Origin: Thermoleophilum album
GTDB taxonomy: Bacteria; Actinomycetota; Thermoleophilia; Solirubrobacterales; Thermoleophilaceae
DNA length: 24,000 bases
Direction: 5' to 3'
NCBI RefSeq assembly: GCF_028867705.1
Contig: NZ_CP066171.1
Coordinates: 1,996,245-2,020,244 of the forward strand
This document shows, piece by piece, positions 9,487 through 16,550 of this stretch (the stretch's first letter is position 1; the number at the start of each line of letters is the position of its first letter). The position numbers and the translations under genes are program-made. The notes below the pieces were generated by a model that saw only the letters and a program-made list of their open reading frames with translations, did no database searches and was not told the origin of the DNA.

Positions 9487-9885
9487 GTGTACGTGCTCAA
9501 TTTCTACTCGCCGGTCTTCATCGACCAGCTGCGACGCGGGCGCAAGACGGCGACGATCCGGCTCGGCGATAAAAGCCAGAAGTACCGCAAGGGGACGGTC
9601 GTGATGGTGACGGTCGGCTACCAGCACTCCCCGCGCGAGCGGATCTTCGAGGCCGTGATCGACTCCGTCGAGGTCAAGCGCGTGCGCGACCTCTCGCCCC
9701 GGGATATTGAGCACGACAACCCCGAGTTCCGTCGCCTCGAGGAGACGGTTCACTTCCTCGAACAGATCTACGGGCGCAAGATCTCGCACGACGACATCGT
9801 CACAGTCGTGCGCTTCTCGCAGATCGTCGACCGCCCCTCGGAACTGACCGAGCGGATGCGGCCGTCGGCGCCGGCGCAGAACTAG
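9487..9885 (+). CDS. ASCH domain protein (YqfB-like fold)
   Basis: From the GTG at 9487: (M)YVLNFYSPVFIDQLRRGRKTATIRLGD...VVRFSQI. This parallels the E. coli YqfB/ASCH layout (F..f.d.i..GrKT.TIR...iY......v..v.F). The portion of ORF 9043-9486 overlaps the Nudix gene out of frame and is rejected. There is a 10-nt gap after the Nudix stop. Confidence 0.7.
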   Translation: MYVLNFYSPVFIDQLRRGRKTATIRLGDKSQKYRKGTVVMVTVGYQHSPRERIFEAVIDSVEVKRVRDLSPRDIEHDNPEFRRLEETVHFLEQIYGRKISHDDIVTVVRFSQIVDRPSELTERMRPSAPAQN

Positions 9886-9939
9886 CGCGGTAAACGAGCG
9901 GCGCCCGCGTGCACTTGCACGCACCCCGCCGCTTCTCGA

Positions 9940-9976
9940 CCCCGGTGAAGGAACTGTTACCGGGGCCCCAATTTTT
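9940..9976 (+). terminator. candidate intrinsic terminator after the ASCH gene
   Basis: CCCCGGT (9940-9946) pairs with ACCGGGG (9959-9965) across a 12-nt loop. It is followed by ccccaaTTTTT (T5 at 9972-9976). The stem is short and the U-tract is offset, so this is only moderate. Confidence 0.35.
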
Positions 9977-9977
9977 G

Positions 9978-10006
9978 CTGACGCTTGGCACTCTCCGTGT
10001 TAGAGT
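9978..10006 (+). promoter_or_regulatory. candidate groES promoter
   Basis: -35-like CTGACG (9978-9983), a 17-nt spacer, and -10 TAGAGT (10001-10006, TAnnnT). The -10 sits inside CIRCE element 1. This rests on pattern match only. Confidence 0.35.
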
Positions 10007-10011
10007 GCCGA
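9985..10011. promoter_or_regulatory. CIRCE operator 1 (HrcA binding site)
   Basis: TTGGCACTC-tccgtgtta-GAGTGCCGA, compared with the consensus TTAGCACTC-N9-GAGTGCTAA. It lies upstream of groES. Confidence 0.8.
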
Positions 10012-10013
10012 GC

Positions 10014-10040
10014 GTGGCACTCATTCGTAGCGAGTGCCAG
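10014..10040. promoter_or_regulatory. CIRCE operator 2 (HrcA binding site)
   Basis: GTGGCACTC-attcgtagc-GAGTGCCAG, starting 2 nt after element 1 ends and ending 41 nt before the groES ATG. Confidence 0.75.
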
Positions 10041-10081
10041 TAGTGCAGGCAGTCTTCGACAGCGGAACGGAGGTTCTGCCC

Positions 10082-10375
10082 ATGAAGTTGAAGCCTCTCG
10101 GTGATCGGCTGATCGTGCGGCCGATCGAGGAGGAGGAGAAGACCCCGAGCGGCATCGTCCTTCCGGACACCGCCAAGGAGAAGCCGCAGCGCGGCAAGGT
10201 TCTTGCCGTCGGCGAGGGCCGCTGGGACGAGGACGGTGAGCGTCGCATCCCGCTCGACATCGCGGAGGGCGACGAGATCCTCTACTCCAAGTACGGCGGC
10301 ACCGAGATCAAGGTCGACGGCGAGGAGCTCCTCGTGCTGCGGGAGTCGGACGTGCTCGCCAAGGTCGAGGGCTAA
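10082..10375 (+). CDS. groES: co-chaperonin GroES
   Basis: [14 protein letters not shown]... is a canonical 97-aa GroES. ATG at 10082 is preceded by GGAGG around 10068-10072. The longer ORF start at 10034 lies inside CIRCE 2 and is rejected. Confidence 0.95.
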   Translation: MKLKPLGDRLIVRPIEEEEKTPSGIVLPDTAKEKPQRGKVLAVGEGRWDEDGERRIPLDIAEGDEILYSKYGGTEIKVDGEELLVLRESDVLAKVEG

Positions 10376-10399
10376 CGACTTCCAAAGGAGGGGTTTCCG

Positions 10400-12031
10400 A
10401 TGGCACACAAGGAGCTGAAGTTCGACCACGAGGCCCGGCAGGCCCTCGAGCAAGGCGTCGACACCGTCGCCAACGCTGTCAAGGTGACGCTCGGGCCGAA
10501 GGGACGCTACGTCGTCCTCGACAAGAAGTTCGGCTCGCCGACGATCACCAACGACGGTGTGACGATCGCGCGCGAGATCGAGGTCGAGGACCCGTTCGTA
10601 AACCAGGGTGCGCAGCTCGTGCGCGAGGTCGCCACCGCCACCAACGACGTCGCCGGCGACGGCACCACGACGGCGACCGTGCTTGCGCAGCGGATGGTCC
10701 GCGACGGCCTCAAGAACGTCGCCGCCGGCGCCAATCCGATCGCGCTAAAGCGCGGCATCGAGCGCGCCGTCGACCAGGTCGTCGAGCGCATCAAGGAGAT
10801 GGCGACCGAGGTCGAGGGCAAGGAGCAGATCGCCCGCGTCGCGGCGATCTCGGCCGGTGACGACGAGATCGGCGACGTCATCGCCGACGCGATCGAGAAG
10901 GTCGGCAAGGACGGCGTCGTCAACGTCGAGGAGGGCCAGACCCTCGGCATGGACCTCGAGTTCACCGAGGGCATGCAGTTCGACAAGGGCTACATCTCGC
11001 CCTACTTCGTCACCGACCAGGACCGCATGGAGTGCGTCCTGGAGGAGCCCTACATCCTCATCGCTAACCAGAAGATCGGCGCGGTCCGCGACCTGCTCCC
11101 GGTGCTGGAGCAGGTGATCCAGGCGGGCAAGCCGCTCCTGGTGATCGCCGAGGATGTCGAGGGCGAGTCGCTGGCGACGCTCGTCGTCAACAAGCTCCGC
11201 GGCACCTTCCAGGCCTGCGCGGTGAAGGCGCCGGGCTTCGGTGATCGCCGCAAGCGGATGCTCGAGGACATCGCGATCCTCACCGGCGGCGAGGTGATCA
11301 CCGAGGAGATGGGCCTCAAGCTCGAGAACACCCAGCTCTCGCAGCTTGGCCGGGCCCGCCGCGTGGTGGTCACCAAGGACACGACGACGATCGTCGACGG
11401 CGCTGGCGATCCGGAGCAGATCAAGGGTCGCATCAACCAGATCAAGACGGAGATCGAGAACACCGACTCCGACTTCGACCGCGAGAAGCTCCAGGAGCGG
11501 CTGGCGAAGCTCGCTGGTGGCGTGGCGGTCGTGAAGGTTGGTGCTGCCACCGAGACCGAGATGAAGGAGAAGAAGCACCGCGTCGAGGACGCGCTGCAGG
11601 CGACCCGCGCGGCGCTCGAAGAGGGCATCGTGCCCGGCGGCGGCGTTGCCCTTCTGCGCTCGCAGAAGGCGATTGACCTCGACAAGTTCGAGGGCGACGA
11701 GCGCACCGGTGCGCAGATCGTCTATCGGGCGCTCGAGGAGCCGCTGCGCCAGATCTCCGAGAACGCCGGGCTCGAGGGCTCGGTGGTGGTCAACGACGTC
11801 CGCGAGGCGGAGTCGAAGGGCGTCAACTACGGTCTCAACGCCGAGACCGGCGAGCTCGTCGACCTCGTCCAGGCGGGCGTGATCGACCCGGCGATGGTGA
11901 CGCGCTCGGCGCTCCAGAACGCCGCCTCGATCGCCAAGAACATCCTCACCACCGAGGCGATCGTCGCCGAGATCCCGGAGAAGGAGCAGTCCGGGGCTGG
12001 CATGCCCGGCGGCGGCGGGATGGACTTCTAG
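10400..12031 (+). CDS. groEL: chaperonin GroEL (Cpn60)
   Basis: 543 aa with unmistakable GroEL sequence ([20 protein letters not shown]-terminal GGGGMDF). SD GGAGG at 10387-10391 lies 8 nt before the ATG. Confidence 0.98.
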   Translation: MAHKELKFDHEARQALEQGVDTVANAVKVTLGPKGRYVVLDKKFGSPTITNDGVTIAREIEVEDPFVNQGAQLVREVATATNDVAGDGTTTATVLAQRMVRDGLKNVAAGANPIALKRGIERAVDQVVERIKEMATEVEGKEQIARVAAISAGDDEIGDVIADAIEKVGKDGVVNVEEGQTLGMDLEFTEGMQFDKGYISPYFVTDQDRMECVLEEPYILIANQKIGAVRDLLPVLEQVIQAGKPLLVIAEDVEGESLATLVVNKLRGTFQACAVKAPGFGDRRKRMLEDIAILTGGEVITEEMGLKLENTQLSQLGRARRVVVTKDTTTIVDGAGDPEQIKGRINQIKTEIENTDSDFDREKLQERLAKLAGGVAVVKVGAATETEMKEKKHRVEDALQATRAALEEGIVPGGGVALLRSQKAIDLDKFEGDERTGAQIVYRALEEPLRQISENAGLEGSVVVNDVREAESKGVNYGLNAETGELVDLVQAGVIDPAMVTRSALQNAASIAKNILTTEAIVAEIPEKEQSGAGMPGGGGMDF

Positions 12032-12058
12032 TCCGCGCACCCACGCCTAGCGCTCTTC

Positions 12059-12094
12059 GCGGGCCCGGCCGCACGGCCGGGCCCGCTGCTTTTC
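12059..12094 (+). terminator. rho-independent terminator of groEL (hairpin shared with the convergent msrA 3' end)
   Basis: Perfect 12-bp stem GCGGGCCCGGCC (12059-12070) pairs with GGCCGGGCCCGC (12075-12086) around loop GCAC, followed by TGCTTTTC. It sits 27 nt after the groEL stop. The U-tract overlaps the msrA stop codon (12093-12095). Confidence 0.65.
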
Positions 12095-12743
12095 AAGAAG
12101 CGGTCGGCGAAGGACAGCGGACACCGGTACCGCCGAGCCCGCAATACCCGCCGGGGTTCTTGGCCAGGTACTGCTGGTGGTAGTCCTCCGCGTAGTAGAA
12201 GGGCCCGGCCGGTGCTATCTCGGTCGTGATCGCCCCGTACCCCGCGGTCGCGAGCTCGCGCTGGTAGGCGTCGCGCGCGCTTTCGGCGAGGCGCCGCTGC
12301 TCGTCGGTCGTGTAGTAGATCACCGAGCGGTACTGCGTGCCGATGTCGTTGCCCTGGCGCATGCCCTGTGTCGGGTCGTGCCCTTCGAAGAACACGCGCA
12401 GCAACTCGCCGTAGGCGATGCGCGAGGGATCGAACACGACCAGCACGACCTCGGCGTGTCCGGTAAGGCCGCTGCACACCTCCTCGTAGGTGGGATTGGG
12501 CGTGTAGCCACCGGAGTAGCCGACAGCGGTCGTGTAAACGCCGGGGAGCTGCCAGAAAAGCCGCTCGGCGCCCCAAAAACAGCCCATACCGAACAGTGCG
12601 CGCTCGCACTGCTCGGGAAACGGCCCGCCGAGCGGCGTGCCGAGAACGGCGTGCACGCCCGGCCGGACGATCGCTTGCGAGCGACCGGGTAGCGCCTCCT
12701 CGGGCGCAGGAAGCACGAGCTTCTTGCGCGACAGCCAGAGCAC
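12093..12743 (-). CDS. msrA: peptide-methionine (S)-S-oxide reductase MsrA
   Basis: [47 protein letters not shown] and [19 protein letters not shown] are near-collinear with E. coli MsrA. GTG start at 12743. Confidence 0.95.
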   Translation of the reverse strand: MLWLSRKKLVLPAPEEALPGRSQAIVRPGVHAVLGTPLGGPFPEQCERALFGMGCFWGAERLFWQLPGVYTTAVGYSGGYTPNPTYEEVCSGLTGHAEVVLVVFDPSRIAYGELLRVFFEGHDPTQGMRQGNDIGTQYRSVIYYTTDEQRRLAESARDAYQRELATAGYGAITTEIAPAGPFYYAEDYHQQYLAKNPGGYCGLGGTGVRCPSPTAS

Positions 12744-12753
12744 TGTGCCGAGC

Positions 12754-13707
12754 TCAACTTAGCGCCAGGGCGACCGGCACCGGTTCGACCCCGAGCGCTC
12801 GGACAGCGACGTCGCCGCGAGCGCACACGCTCGGGCTGCGGAGAAGCTCGAGTTCGGCGAGGGTCGGCGCCTCGCCTCGCCCGAGCGCCTCGACCAGCGC
12901 GCCGGCGCGACGGACGAGCGACCAGGGCAGGGGGACGACCGGTCGCCGAACACCCTGCGCGCGAAGGATGGCGGCGAGGAGTTGCCGCTGGGTGAGGAGC
13001 TCCGGTCCACACAGCTCGAGCACCTCCACCCGGTCGCGGCCGTCGGTCCGCGGCCGGGCCGTCGGCGTGCGCCGCTCGCTCGACTCGCCTTTGCCGGCCG
13101 GCGCCGTCGCGCTAGGCCCGCTCGCGAGCACGATCCGCGCCAGGCAGGCAGCGACATCGTCGGACCAGATCGGGCGCGACGGCGCTCCGCCGCGCCCGGG
13201 AAGCGGAACGAAACCGAGCTCGTCAACGCACCATCGCAGCATCGCGCCGAGCCGGTCGTCGCGAGCGATGACCAGCGACGGTCGTACGATCGTCGCGTCG
13301 AGACCGGACGAGCGCACAATCCGCTCGGCAGCGGCGTGGGCGCGCAAGACACGCGCCGGCGCCCAAGGTTCGGCGCCGAGCCAGGAGCGGTAGACGAAAC
13401 GCTCGACCCCGGCAGCACGCGCCGCGGCGACGAGACGAGCCGTACCGCCCACGATCACCTCTTCGATGGTCGCCTCGCGCTGGTCGCGGCGCGCGCAGGC
13501 GAGGTGCACGACCGTGTCGACGCCGCGCAACGCTCCGCGTGGCAAGCGCGGCTCGGCTAGGTCACCGAGCGAGAGCTGCACGCGCACGCGAAGGTCACCC
13601 AGCGCGCGTGCGTCGCGCACGAGGCAGCGCACGGGCGCGTCGTGCGCCACAAGCCGCGTTACGAGCGCGCGCCCGATCGCTCCCGTTGCGCCGGTGACGA
13701 GCAGCAA
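12754..13707 (-). CDS. atypical SDR, NAD(P)H-binding protein (NDUFA9-like / NmrA-like)
   Basis: N-terminal Rossmann motif [15 protein letters not shown], then RPSLV...[19 protein letters not shown] and LCGPELLT, as in complex I NDUFA9-like SDRs. A low-complexity insert (~20-30 aa, [30 protein letters not shown]) is present. TTG start at 13707 with GAGG upstream. The stop lies 10 nt before the msrA start. Confidence 0.8.
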   Translation of the reverse strand: MLLVTGATGAIGRALVTRLVAHDAPVRCLVRDARALGDLRVRVQLSLGDLAEPRLPRGALRGVDTVVHLACARRDQREATIEEVIVGGTARLVAAARAAGVERFVYRSWLGAEPWAPARVLRAHAAAERIVRSSGLDATIVRPSLVIARDDRLGAMLRWCVDELGFVPLPGRGGAPSRPIWSDDVAACLARIVLASGPSATAPAGKGESSERRTPTARPRTDGRDRVEVLELCGPELLTQRQLLAAILRAQGVRRPVVPLPWSLVRRAGALVEALGRGEAPTLAELELLRSPSVCARGDVAVRALGVEPVPVALALS

Positions 13708-13722
13708 GCCCGCCGACCTCGC

Positions 13723-14859
13723 TCAGTGGGCCATCGGCAGGGGCGTTCCGGTGATGCCGCTCTCGGCAGGTTGTGCGGTCAGAATCGGCCTGGGTGGCAG
13801 TTCGGCGATGAGGCCGCGCGCGGCCTGGCGGATCGCTTGCGAGGCGGGAGCGTCGGGATCGACAAGCACGAGCGGCTGCCCTTCGTCGGCACACGAACGC
13901 AGCTCGGGCTGCAGCGGGACCGACGCCAGTAGCGGTACATCGAGCTCGTCGGCGAGTTCCTCGCCGCCGCCGCTGCCGAAGATCGCGTGGCGCGAGCCGT
14001 CGGGCGCGATGAACGCCGACATGTTCTCGATCACGCCGGCGATCCCGAGCCCGTAGCGGCGCGCCAGCTCGGCGGCGCGCTTCGCGACGCTCTGCGCTGC
14101 CGGCTGGGGGGTCGTGACGATCACGAAATGCGCCTGCGGCAGAAGCTGGGCCAGCGTCATCGAGACATCGCCGGTACCCGGCGGTAGGTCGATCAACAGG
14201 TAGTCGAGCTCGCCCCAGTCGACGTCCTCCAGGAACTGCCGCAAAGCCTTGTGCAGCATCGGGCCGCGCCAGGTGATCGCCTGGTCGCGCTCGGAGAGGA
14301 AAAACTCGATCGAGATCACGCGCACGCCCCCGTGCGCGACGAGCGGCACGATCTTGCGCTCTGCCGAGACGCGTGGCCGCCCGTGAACGCCGAGCATGCG
14401 CGGGATCGAGTACCCCCACACGTCAGCGTCGAGCGCGGCGGTGCGGTGCCCCTCGGCGAAGAGCGCCGCGGCGAGGTTCGCGGTGAGCGTCGACTTGCCC
14501 ACGCCCCCCTTGCCCGACGCCACGCAGATGACGTTGCCGACGCGCGCCAGCGTACCGTCGGGCAAGCCCTGCGGCCGCCCGAGCTGCTGCTGGAGGCGTT
14601 GTTTCTCCTCCGGCGTCAGAACGTCGAAACCGACCACGACCTCGCGCACCCCGTCGAGAGCGGCGACGACCTCGCGCACCGAGCGCTCGAAGTGCGAGCG
14701 GATCGGACAGCCGGGCGTGGTGAGCGCGACGACGACGCTCACGCGTCCGTCGTCTGCGATCTCGATCGACCGCACCATCCCGAGCGTGACGATGTCACGA
14801 CGGAGCTCGGGATCGATAACTGCGCGCAGCGCGTCGACAACCTGTGCGCGGGTCGGCAC
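13723..14859 (-). CDS. mrp: Mrp/ApbC/NBP35-family Fe-S cluster carrier ATPase with an N-terminal DUF59 (MIP18-like) domain
   Basis: DUF59 region (VIDPELRRDIVTLGMVRSIEI...TTPGCP), deviant Walker A ASGKGGVGKST, and DLPPGTGD. The longest ORF starts at GTG 14907, but that codon is buried in a perfect 12-bp hairpin. I prefer the in-frame GTG at 14859 (MPTRAQVVDALRAVIDPEL). The start is uncertain. Confidence 0.9.
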   Translation of the reverse strand: MPTRAQVVDALRAVIDPELRRDIVTLGMVRSIEIADDGRVSVVVALTTPGCPIRSHFERSVREVVAALDGVREVVVGFDVLTPEEKQRLQQQLGRPQGLPDGTLARVGNVICVASGKGGVGKSTLTANLAAALFAEGHRTAALDADVWGYSIPRMLGVHGRPRVSAERKIVPLVAHGGVRVISIEFFLSERDQAITWRGPMLHKALRQFLEDVDWGELDYLLIDLPPGTGDVSMTLAQLLPQAHFVIVTTPQPAAQSVAKRAAELARRYGLGIAGVIENMSAFIAPDGSRHAIFGSGGGEELADELDVPLLASVPLQPELRSCADEGQPLVLVDPDAPASQAIRQAARGLIAELPPRPILTAQPAESGITGTPLPMAH

Positions 14860-14879
14860 GGCGACATTGTCGCAGAACG

Positions 14880-14908
14880 GGTGCGGCGCCTCGACGAGGC
14901 GCCGCACC
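14880..14908. other. perfect 12-bp stem / 5-nt loop GC hairpin; candidate intercistronic terminator, attenuator or mRNA stabiliser
   Basis: GGTGCGGCGCCT (14880-14891), loop cgacg, AGGCGCCGCACC (14897-14908). The arms are exact reverse complements. On the minus-strand transcript it is followed by CGUUCUG. Confidence 0.5.
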
Positions 14909-14925
14909 GGGAGGGAGGAGGAGGG
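14909..14925. repeat. 17-nt homopurine/homopyrimidine tract (GGGAGGGAGGAGGAGGG on +; CCCUCCUCCUCCCUCCC in the minus-strand transcript)
   Basis: Read directly from the sequence. It abuts the hairpin, between the stop of the upstream minus-strand gene (14949) and mrp. Confidence 0.9.
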
Positions 14926-14948
14926 TGTTCTGTTTCGCGGAGACCGGC

Positions 14949-15581
14949 TTAGATCAGGCTGGCAACCTGATCGCTCAGCCGCGACGCGAAGCTGCGCAGC
15001 TCGCGACGGGTGCGCGTCACCTGCCGCTCGAGCTCGCGGCGGTTGCGGCGCAAGGTGCGCTCGGCGCTGCGCCGGCGCTGACGCAGCTGGCGCTCGATCT
15101 GCGTGCGGACACGCTTGACCTGGCGCTGGAGACGGTTGCGGGCAGTCGTACCACGGCGCTCGAAACGGCGCAGGTTCGCGCGCACCTGCTGCTCGAGCTG
15201 CTGCAGCTCCGACTGCGGATCGCTAGCCAGCGGACGCACCGCTTCGACAGCGGCGTCGCGCACCTCGAGCACCGCGCCCACCGGGATCAGCACCGCGCGC
15301 TCGGCTTGCTCGGTGACGGAGCGCAGGACGGCCACGGGACCGCGCGCGCCGTCGCTGGTGGTCGCGCTGCGGGCGCGGCTGTTGGACCTCGACGCGGTGG
15401 TGCGTCGCGTCGTGCGACGCGCACGGGTGCCCTGGGCGCGCGTCGCCGTGGTACGCCGCGCGCGCGTCGTCCGGCGCGGGCTGGCGGTGGTGCGCTCGCG
15501 CTGGCTGCGCTCGCTGGTGCTAGCGGTCGCGTCGGCGGGCGGTTGTTGGGTGGCGGTCGTTGCGTTCGTGTTCTCGGCCAT
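14949..15581 (-). CDS. hypothetical basic protein: disordered Arg/Thr-rich N-terminal half plus a C-terminal coiled coil (faint HbhA/phasin-like resemblance)
   Basis: ATG at 15581 has GAGGTG 7 nt upstream and an AT-rich promoter region; the stop is TAA. By my codon tally, third-position GC is about 88% on this strand and about 69% for the codon-aligned antisense ORF, which supports the minus strand. The C-terminal heptad-like segment is RNRLQRQVKRVRTQIERQLRQRRR...ELERQV. LIPVGAVLEVRDAAVEAV recalls the HbhA-type N-terminal motif. Confidence 0.7.
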   Translation of the reverse strand: MAENTNATTATQQPPADATASTSERSQRERTTASPRRTTRARRTTATRAQGTRARRTTRRTTASRSNSRARSATTSDGARGPVAVLRSVTEQAERAVLIPVGAVLEVRDAAVEAVRPLASDPQSELQQLEQQVRANLRRFERRGTTARNRLQRQVKRVRTQIERQLRQRRRSAERTLRRNRRELERQVTRTRRELRSFASRLSDQVASLI

Positions 15582-15618
15582 CTATTATCACCTCGTGAGG
15601 TAGTCGATTCGGAAGTTT

Positions 15619-15648
15619 ATTAGATCTAAGTAGTTTTGTCGCACGCAA
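15619..15648 (-). promoter_or_regulatory. candidate sigma-70-type promoter for the Arg/Thr-rich protein gene
   Basis: On the minus strand: -35 TTGCGT (15648-15643), an 18-nt spacer, and -10 TCTAAT (15624-15619, 5/6 to TATAAT). The -10 overlaps the palindrome TTAGATCTAA. This rests on pattern match only. Confidence 0.35.
15620..15629. promoter_or_regulatory. 10-bp perfect palindrome TTAGATCTAA in the AT-rich divergent intergenic region (candidate operator)
   Basis: Read directly from the sequence. It lies in the ~112-nt spacer between divergent genes (15581 minus-strand start, 15694 plus-strand start). Confidence 0.4.
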
Positions 15649-15693
15649 CTTCTCGCGGGTGAGCCGCTCGCACGGAGGCGCGATACTCGCCGT

Positions 15694-16296
15694 GTGCAAC
15701 CGTGCACGGCCGGCAACGCCGAGGCGTGCAGCCGGGGCGGCGCGCAAGCGATCTTCACGATCGGCCACTCGCGCCACCCGCTCGAACGTTTCGTCGAGCT
15801 GTTGCAGCGAGCCGGAGTCGAGCTCGTGGCGGACGTGCGCTCGCGCCCCCGTTCGCGCTTCCCGCACTTCGCGCGAGGCGAGCTCGCGCGGGAGCTCGAG
15901 TGCCGCGCCGGGATCGGTTATGTCCATCTGCCCGAACTGGGCGGTTTTCGCGAGCCGCTCGCCGAGAGCCCGAACACCGCCCTTCGCGAGCGCGCCTTCC
16001 GCGGCTACGCCGACCACATGCAAAGCCCCGAGTTCGCCTCGGGTCTGGCCCGGCTCTTAGCTCTCGCGCGCACGCGACGGGTGACAGTGATGTGCGCCGA
16101 GAGCGACTGGCGCCGCTGCCACCGCCGGATGGTGGCCGACGCCCTTGCGGGGCGCGGCGTGACGGTCGTGCACCTGTTGCCTGACGGCAGCACCGAAAGA
16201 CACGTCCTCGACCATAGGGCGCGTGTCGTGGGGGGCAGGCTTGTCTATCCGGTACCCGAGGCAGCGCCGGGCGAGCAGCTTTCCTTGCCTACGTAG
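15694..16296 (+). CDS. DUF488 domain-containing protein
   Basis: IFTIGHSRHPLERFVELLQRAGVELVADVRSRPRSRFPHFARGELARELECRAGIGYVHLPELGG matches the DUF488 (YeaO-like) N-terminal pattern TIGHS...DVR..P.S. GTG start at 15694. There is no closer in-frame start before the TIGHS motif. Confidence 0.8.
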   Translation: MQPCTAGNAEACSRGGAQAIFTIGHSRHPLERFVELLQRAGVELVADVRSRPRSRFPHFARGELARELECRAGIGYVHLPELGGFREPLAESPNTALRERAFRGYADHMQSPEFASGLARLLALARTRRVTVMCAESDWRRCHRRMVADALAGRGVTVVHLLPDGSTERHVLDHRARVVGGRLVYPVPEAAPGEQLSLPT

Positions 16297-16550
16297 GTCC
16301 TGCGCCGCGGACAGCGGTGTCTTAGCCCGGCCCGAGCGCCCAGCCTGGCCCGAGCGACCGGTGCGCGCTCGACTGCGCGTCTCCAACATCCGTCGAGGGG
16401 CGGTCGAACAGCCGTCGGCGGTGCGGCTACGTACATCTGTCCATTTGGACGTTTGGCTGATCAAGCGACACCGGGCGCAGCGCCGATTTCCCGGGCGTGC
16501 CCCCCGCCCGCGCTGCGACATACAGCGAAGCGCTCGGCCGCGACAACGCC

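Noticed and set aside
14925-15623. Plus-strand ORF (VFCFAETGLDQ...) with what looks like a very strong SD (GGAGG 14914-14918, 6 nt before GTG 14925), antisense to the Arg/Thr-rich protein gene
   Set aside because: It is codon-aligned antisense to the minus-strand gene. My tally gives third-position GC of about 69% for this frame and about 88% for the minus-strand frame. The product is Leu/Ala-rich mirror sequence, and the ORF runs through the AT-rich promoter island. The purine tract is kept as an unexplained element instead.
16329-16356. Direct repeat GGCCCGAGCG x2 spaced 18 nt, considered as a response-regulator binding site
   Set aside because: The repeat is short and GC-rich, so it is expected by chance in this composition. 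The spacing is not helical-phase, and it lies about 200 nt from the nearest start codon.
16297-16550. Known riboswitch (e.g. ydaO/cyclic-di-AMP type, often upstream of secreted or cell-wall proteins in actinomycetes)
   Set aside because: I could not recognise the conserved core sequences. It is retained only as an unassigned long spacer pending an Infernal/Rfam scan.
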